The notes under the pieces were generated by a model. It was not told the origin of the DNA. It made no database searches and saw nothing but the letters and a program-made list of their open reading frames with translations. A stretch of 64,000 nucleotides of DNA from an uncultured Candidatus Rokubacteria bacterium (lineage in GTDB: Bacteria; Methylomirabilota; Methylomirabilia; Rokubacteriales; DASRDR01): the NCBI GenBank assembly GCA_963805625.1, contig CAWDVE010000013.1, forward strand, positions 64,001 to 128,000, written 5' to 3'. Of this stretch, positions 59,763-64,000 are shown one piece after another. Positions within the stretch are counted from its first letter, which is position 1. The number at the start of each line of letters is the position of its first letter. Made by a program: the position numbers and the translations under genes.

Positions 59763-60470
59763 ATGATCACAATGAGGTCCCGCTCTGGCATGGTGGCAGT
59801 CGTCGCCCTCGCGGGTGCGTTGGCCGGGGGTGCCGTTGCCCCCGTCGCGCGCGCCCAGTCGGCTCCGGAGCTCAAGACGGACGAGCAGAAGACCCTCTAC
59901 GCCCTCGGGCTCGCGGTGGCCGGCAGCCTCTCGACGTTCGCGCTGTCGCCGGCGGATCTCGAGCTGGTCAAGACGGGGCTGACGGACGGGGTCCTGAACC
60001 GCCAGCGCCAGGTCGACCTCCAAGCCTACGGCACCAAGATCCAGGAGCTCCAGCGCTCGCGGGCATCGGTGGTGGCGGCGGTCGAGCAGAAGGCGGGCCA
60101 GGCGATCCTCGACAAGGCGGCTGCCGAGAAGGGCGCCACGAAAACAGCGTCGGGCCTCGTGATCGTGCCGATCAAGCCCGGCACGGGCGCCTCGCCGAAG
60201 GCGACCGATCGGGTCAAGGTCCACTACCACGGCACCCTCGCCGACGGCACCGTGTTCGACAGCTCCGTGCAGCGCGGTGAGCCCGCGACGTTCCCCCTGA
60301 ACGGGGTCGTCCCCTGCTGGACGGAGGGGCTCCAGCTGATGAAGGTCGGCGGGAAGAGCCGGCTGGTGTGCCCGGCCGCCCTCGCCTACGGCGATCGCGG
60401 CGCGCCGCCCCGGATCAAGCCCGGCGCGACGCTGACCTTCGAGGTCGAGCTCCTCGAGATCGTCAAGTAG
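59763..60470 (+). CDS. FKBP-type peptidyl-prolyl isomerase (FkpA/FklB-like, exported)
   Basis: Signal peptide; YALG dimerisation helix; VKVHYHGTL.DGTVFDSS and GATLTFEVELL motifs. Confidence 0.95.
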   Translation: MITMRSRSGMVAVVALAGALAGGAVAPVARAQSAPELKTDEQKTLYALGLAVAGSLSTFALSPADLELVKTGLTDGVLNRQRQVDLQAYGTKIQELQRSRASVVAAVEQKAGQAILDKAAAEKGATKTASGLVIVPIKPGTGASPKATDRVKVHYHGTLADGTVFDSSVQRGEPATFPLNGVVPCWTEGLQLMKVGGKSRLVCPAALAYGDRGAPPRIKPGATLTFEVELLEIVK

Positions 60471-61452
60471 CGGGGTCGGCGGGGTTGGGGGGATCGGCGG
60501 GCTCGTCGAGGGGGGCTGCGATCTCCTCGCCGCGCTGGGCGGCGGCCCGCGCGATCACCGAGTTGACCTCCCCGCCGATCAGGAGCGCCATGCCGGAGAG
60601 GTACAGCCACAGGAGGAGCAGGATCACGCCTCCGATCGAGCCGTACATCGCGTTGTAGTTCGCGAACTTGCTGACGTAGACGCGAAGCCCGACGGAGAAC
60701 GCCACCCAGGCGACGCCCGCGAAGGCGGATCCGGGCGTGAGCCAGTACCAGCGCTGGCGGACGGCCGGCGCGAGGTGATAGACGAGATCGATCCCCGTGA
60801 GGACGAACAGGAGACCGAGCGGCCACTGCAGGAGGTCCCAGATGGCCGTGAACATGCCGCCGAACCCCGCCCACGCCGCGGCCGCCCGACCGACGCGCTC
60901 GCCGAAAACGATGGACAGGAGGGCGGCGAGGGCCAGGACCGAGAACACCACCGTCAGCGCCACGGCGACGAGCTGCCGTCGCCACCACGGCCGCGGGCTG
61001 GTCACCCCATACACGACGTTGAGCGTCGTGATGATCGACACCATGCCGCGCGAGGCGCCCCAGAGCGCCGCCGCGACCCCGACCGACAGGAGTCCCCCCC
61101 CGGCACCCCGCTGGAGCTCTCGCAGCGTCCGGCGTAGCAGCGAGGCCGCATCGGGTGGGAGGAGATCCCGCACCGGGGCCAGGAATCGCTCCATCAGGTC
61201 CGGCCCGGGAAGCATCCCGATGAGCGTCGTCAGGAAGAGCAGCGTCGGGACCAGGGCGAACACGAAGTAGTAGGAAAGAGCAGCCGCCCGGTCGACCAGC
61301 TCGTCTTTCCAGATCTCCGCCCAGACGAGCACCGCGAGCTCACGCACTGAGAGCCCGCCGAGCGTCCACGGTGAGACCTGGCGGCGCCCCCGGCGCCACC
61401 CCTGTCCCAGCCGCCAGAGTGGGTGCCGGCGCGCGGACTCGAGCATGCTCAC
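60463..61452 (-). CDS. YihY/virulence factor BrkB family membrane protein
   Basis: AAALSYYFVFAL.P, LW.AS and YGSIGGVILLLLWLY..G.E motifs. Confidence 0.92.
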   Translation of the reverse strand: MSMLESARRHPLWRLGQGWRRGRRQVSPWTLGGLSVRELAVLVWAEIWKDELVDRAAALSYYFVFALVPTLLFLTTLIGMLPGPDLMERFLAPVRDLLPPDAASLLRRTLRELQRGAGGGLLSVGVAAALWGASRGMVSIITTLNVVYGVTSPRPWWRRQLVAVALTVVFSVLALAALLSIVFGERVGRAAAAWAGFGGMFTAIWDLLQWPLGLLFVLTGIDLVYHLAPAVRQRWYWLTPGSAFAGVAWVAFSVGLRVYVSKFANYNAMYGSIGGVILLLLWLYLSGMALLIGGEVNSVIARAAAQRGEEIAAPLDEPADPPNPADPAT

Positions 61453-61626
61453 CAGCCGAGCAGCTTCCGGGGCATCCGCTCCAGTGTCGTCGAGCGGGCC
61501 GCGACGTCAAGTCCGAGGGGCGCTTCCTTTCGTGGTGGCAGGAGTCACGTGACCGAGGCAGGATGGAGGGCACTGTCTCGCGCGAAGCGCCGGCAACTCC
61601 CCGCAGGCTGAGAAGGAGAGCGATCG

Positions 61627-62625
61627 ATGCCCAGTGCCCTCACCGTCGGAAGCGTGACCGCGGCACCCGGCCAGCTGGTATCCGGCTGGATCGAGGTGCC
61701 GGACGGCGTCGACCCCGGGACTCGAATCCCGGTGACGGTCGCCAACGGCGCCGCCGCGGGCCCCGTGCTCGCACTGGTGGGCGGCACGCACGGCTCGGAG
61801 TACACATCCATTCTCGCTCTCCAGCGGCTCCGGCCGCAGCTCGAGCCGGCGCGGATGCGGGGTGCTGCCATCCTCGTCCACATGGCGAATCCTCCCGCAT
61901 TCTACGGGCGACGGATCTACTACAGCCCTGACGGGAAGAACCTGAACCGCGTCTACCCCGGCAAGCCCGACGGCACGGTGAGCGAGCGAATGGCGCACGC
62001 CATCACGCGAGAGGTGATCGACCGGTGCACTCACCTCGCCGACATGCATTGCGGTGACGGCAACGAGTCGCTCCGGCCGTACACGTACTGGATCGTGGGC
62101 GGTGACGCCGCCGTCGACGCCCAGTCACGGGACCTCGCCCTCGCCTACGGTCTCGATCACATCCTCGTCGACCACGGACGCCCGCGGGATCGGGCCTCGA
62201 GCCTGTTCACCGCCAACACGGCGATCACCCGGGGCAAGCCCGCGATCACGACCGAGTCGGGCGGCCTCGGCGCGACGGACGAGCCGTCGGTGGCGGCCCA
62301 CGAGGCCGGCGCGCGCTCGCTGCTCGCGCATCTCCATATCCTGGACGGGCCGTCGGCGCGCGTGGCGCACCCCGTCTGGATCGACCGCGCGGAGGTCCTC
62401 CGCGCGCCGGTGACCGGCGTCTGGCATCCGGTCGTCCAAAAGATGCAGTCGGTCTCGACGGGCCGGCTCCTCGGGAGGCTGACGGACGAGTTCGGCACCG
62501 TCCTCCACGAGGCGCGCGCGCCCTTCGCCGGCGAGGTCGTCTACGTCGTGGCGACGCCGCCGGTTACCGCCGGCGAGCCGCTGTGCGAGATCGGCCGCCT
62601 CGCGGAGACATCGGGGGTCGCGTAG
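61627..62625 (+). CDS. succinylglutamate desuccinylase/aspartoacylase (M14) family protein
   Basis: GTHGSE, DGKNLNRVYPG, DMHCG and TESG motifs. Confidence 0.9.
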   Translation: MPSALTVGSVTAAPGQLVSGWIEVPDGVDPGTRIPVTVANGAAAGPVLALVGGTHGSEYTSILALQRLRPQLEPARMRGAAILVHMANPPAFYGRRIYYSPDGKNLNRVYPGKPDGTVSERMAHAITREVIDRCTHLADMHCGDGNESLRPYTYWIVGGDAAVDAQSRDLALAYGLDHILVDHGRPRDRASSLFTANTAITRGKPAITTESGGLGATDEPSVAAHEAGARSLLAHLHILDGPSARVAHPVWIDRAEVLRAPVTGVWHPVVQKMQSVSTGRLLGRLTDEFGTVLHEARAPFAGEVVYVVATPPVTAGEPLCEIGRLAETSGVA

Positions 62626-62635
62626 AATGTCCGCC

Positions 62636-64000
62636 ATGAGCCCATCAAGCCCATCTCACGACGGCGCCTGGCGTTCCGCTTCCTCGCTCACCCGGTATCC
62701 CGAGGCGTTCGGCGTTCGAGGCATGGTGGCCTCCGCCCACCCCCGTGCGGCCATGATCGGGACCGCGGTCCTCGAGCGCGGGGGCAATGCCTTCGACGCG
62801 GCGATCGCCGTTGCGGCGGCGGAGGGCGTGCTGCTCCCCATGATGTGCGGCCTCGGCGGCGACGGGTTCGCCGTCATCTACGACGCCCGCCGGCGGGAGG
62901 TACTCGGGCTCAATGGAAGCGGCGTCGCCGCGTCGGGCGCGACCAGAGAGTACTACGCGTCGCAGGGCCGCCGGCTGATGCCGCTCGAGGGCGTCCACTC
63001 GGTCGCCGTCCCGGGCGCCGTCGCCTTCTACGAGGCGATCTGGAAGCGCTGGGGCACCCTTCCATGGGCGGAGCTCTGGGCCCCGGCGATCAAGCTCGCC
63101 CAGGACGGCGTCGCCATGACGGCGTGGGTGAGCCGGTGGATCGGCGAGCGGGCCGACGTCCTCCGCCGCTTCCCCGACTCGGCCCGGCAGTTCCTGCCGG
63201 GCGGGCGGCCGCCCGCCCCGGGAGAGCCCTGGGCGGCGCCCGATCTGGCGCGGAGCCTTCGTGCGGTGGCCACCGATGGCGCCGAGACCTTCTACCGGGG
63301 GGAGCTCGCCGAGCGGCTCCTCGCCTTCCTCCGGCGGGAGGGCGCGCTTTTCGACCGGGGCGACTTCGCGCGTCAGCTCGGCGAGACCTTCGTCCATCCG
63401 GCGATCCTCACGGACTACCGGGGCTTCCAGGTGTACGAGACCGCTCCGGTCTCCCAGGGATTCCTCGTCCTCTCGCAGCTGAACGTCCTGGAAGGGTTCG
63501 ATCTCGGGAGCCTCCCGCTGGTCGGCACGGACCGGATCCACCTCACGGTGGAGGCGAAGAAGCTCGCCTTCGAGGACCGGAATCGCCACGCGGGCGATCC
63601 CGCGTTCGTCACGTGGCCGCTCGCCGAGCTGATCGGGAAGGCGCACGCGGCGCGGCGCCGGGCCGAGATCGACCTGGCCCGGGCGCGCCTGCCCGAGGCG
63701 ACGCTCGTCCCCGAGCACGCGGCCGACACCAGCTACTTCGCCGTCGTCGACGTGGACGGCAACGCGGTCTCCTTCATCCACAGCCTGTCGGCGGCGTTCG
63801 GCTCGGGTGTCGTGGCCGGAGACACGGGGATCACGCTGAACAACCGGACCGGCCGCGGGTTCACGCTGGACGAGGGTCACCCGAACGTCATCGCCCCCGG
63901 CAAGCGGACCATGCACACGCTGAACGCCTATCTCGTCTGCCAGGGCGGGCAGCCGTGGCTGGTCGGCGGGACGCCCGGCGGCGACCAGCAGACCCAGTGG
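62636..64000 (+). CDS. ggt: gamma-glutamyltransferase family protein (3' end runs off the window)
   Basis: Not in the ORF track. GMVASAHP, GGNAFDAA, CGLGGD, DTSYF (Thr nucleophile), FGSG, PGKRTMHT and GTPGG motifs. Confidence 0.93.
   Translation, partial: MSPSSPSHDGAWRSASSLTRYPEAFGVRGMVASAHPRAAMIGTAVLERGGNAFDAAIAVAAAEGVLLPMMCGLGGDGFAVIYDARRREVLGLNGSGVAASGATREYYASQGRRLMPLEGVHSVAVPGAVAFYEAIWKRWGTLPWAELWAPAIKLAQDGVAMTAWVSRWIGERADVLRRFPDSARQFLPGGRPPAPGEPWAAPDLARSLRAVATDGAETFYRGELAERLLAFLRREGALFDRGDFARQLGETFVHPAILTDYRGFQVYETAPVSQGFLVLSQLNVLEGFDLGSLPLVGTDRIHLTVEAKKLAFEDRNRHAGDPAFVTWPLAELIGKAHAARRRAEIDLARARLPEATLVPEHAADTSYFAVVDVDGNAVSFIHSLSAAFGSGVVAGDTGITLNNRTGRGFTLDEGHPNVIAPGKRTMHTLNAYLVCQGGQPWLVGGTPGGDQQTQW

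Noticed and set aside
1-64000. CRISPR array, tRNA/rRNA, prophage, transposase or defence island
   Set aside because: No regularly spaced repeats, RNA gene signatures or mobile/defence protein motifs were seen by eye.

Overview
High-GC (about 70% by eye) bacterial genomic window with roughly 60 intact genes, mostly housekeeping or catabolic. The gene content suggests Candidatus Rokubacteria (Methylomirabilota): several LLM/F420-type oxidoreductases, SDRs, peptide ABC systems, and remnants of the expanded ABC_sub_bind family. This assignment is an inference. Recognisable genes include glnS, msrB, corA, pcp, a 5-formyl-THF cyclo-ligase, an RNase HI with a hybrid-binding domain, a BisC-type molybdoenzyme, hydantoinase/oxoprolinase A+B, phosphonopyruvate decarboxylase, an FKBP PPIase and a partial GGT. 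I saw no rRNA, tRNA, CRISPR array, integrase or transposase. The main signals the ORF track misses are: (1) an AhpC/TSA peroxiredoxin-like gene split by an in-frame TGA exactly at the first CxxC position (UxxC), followed by a SECIS-like hairpin, so probably a selenoprotein; (2) a recurring TANNNT-N7-start pattern implying leaderless mRNAs; (3) several 'hollowed-out' pseudogenes that keep both termini, including a decayed leuC/leuD pair around an intact, translationally coupled methyltransferase; (4) two scattered remnants of one ABC substrate-binding family; (5) a permease whose coupled start position reads ATC instead of ATG. All family calls come from motif recognition by eye, not database searches.
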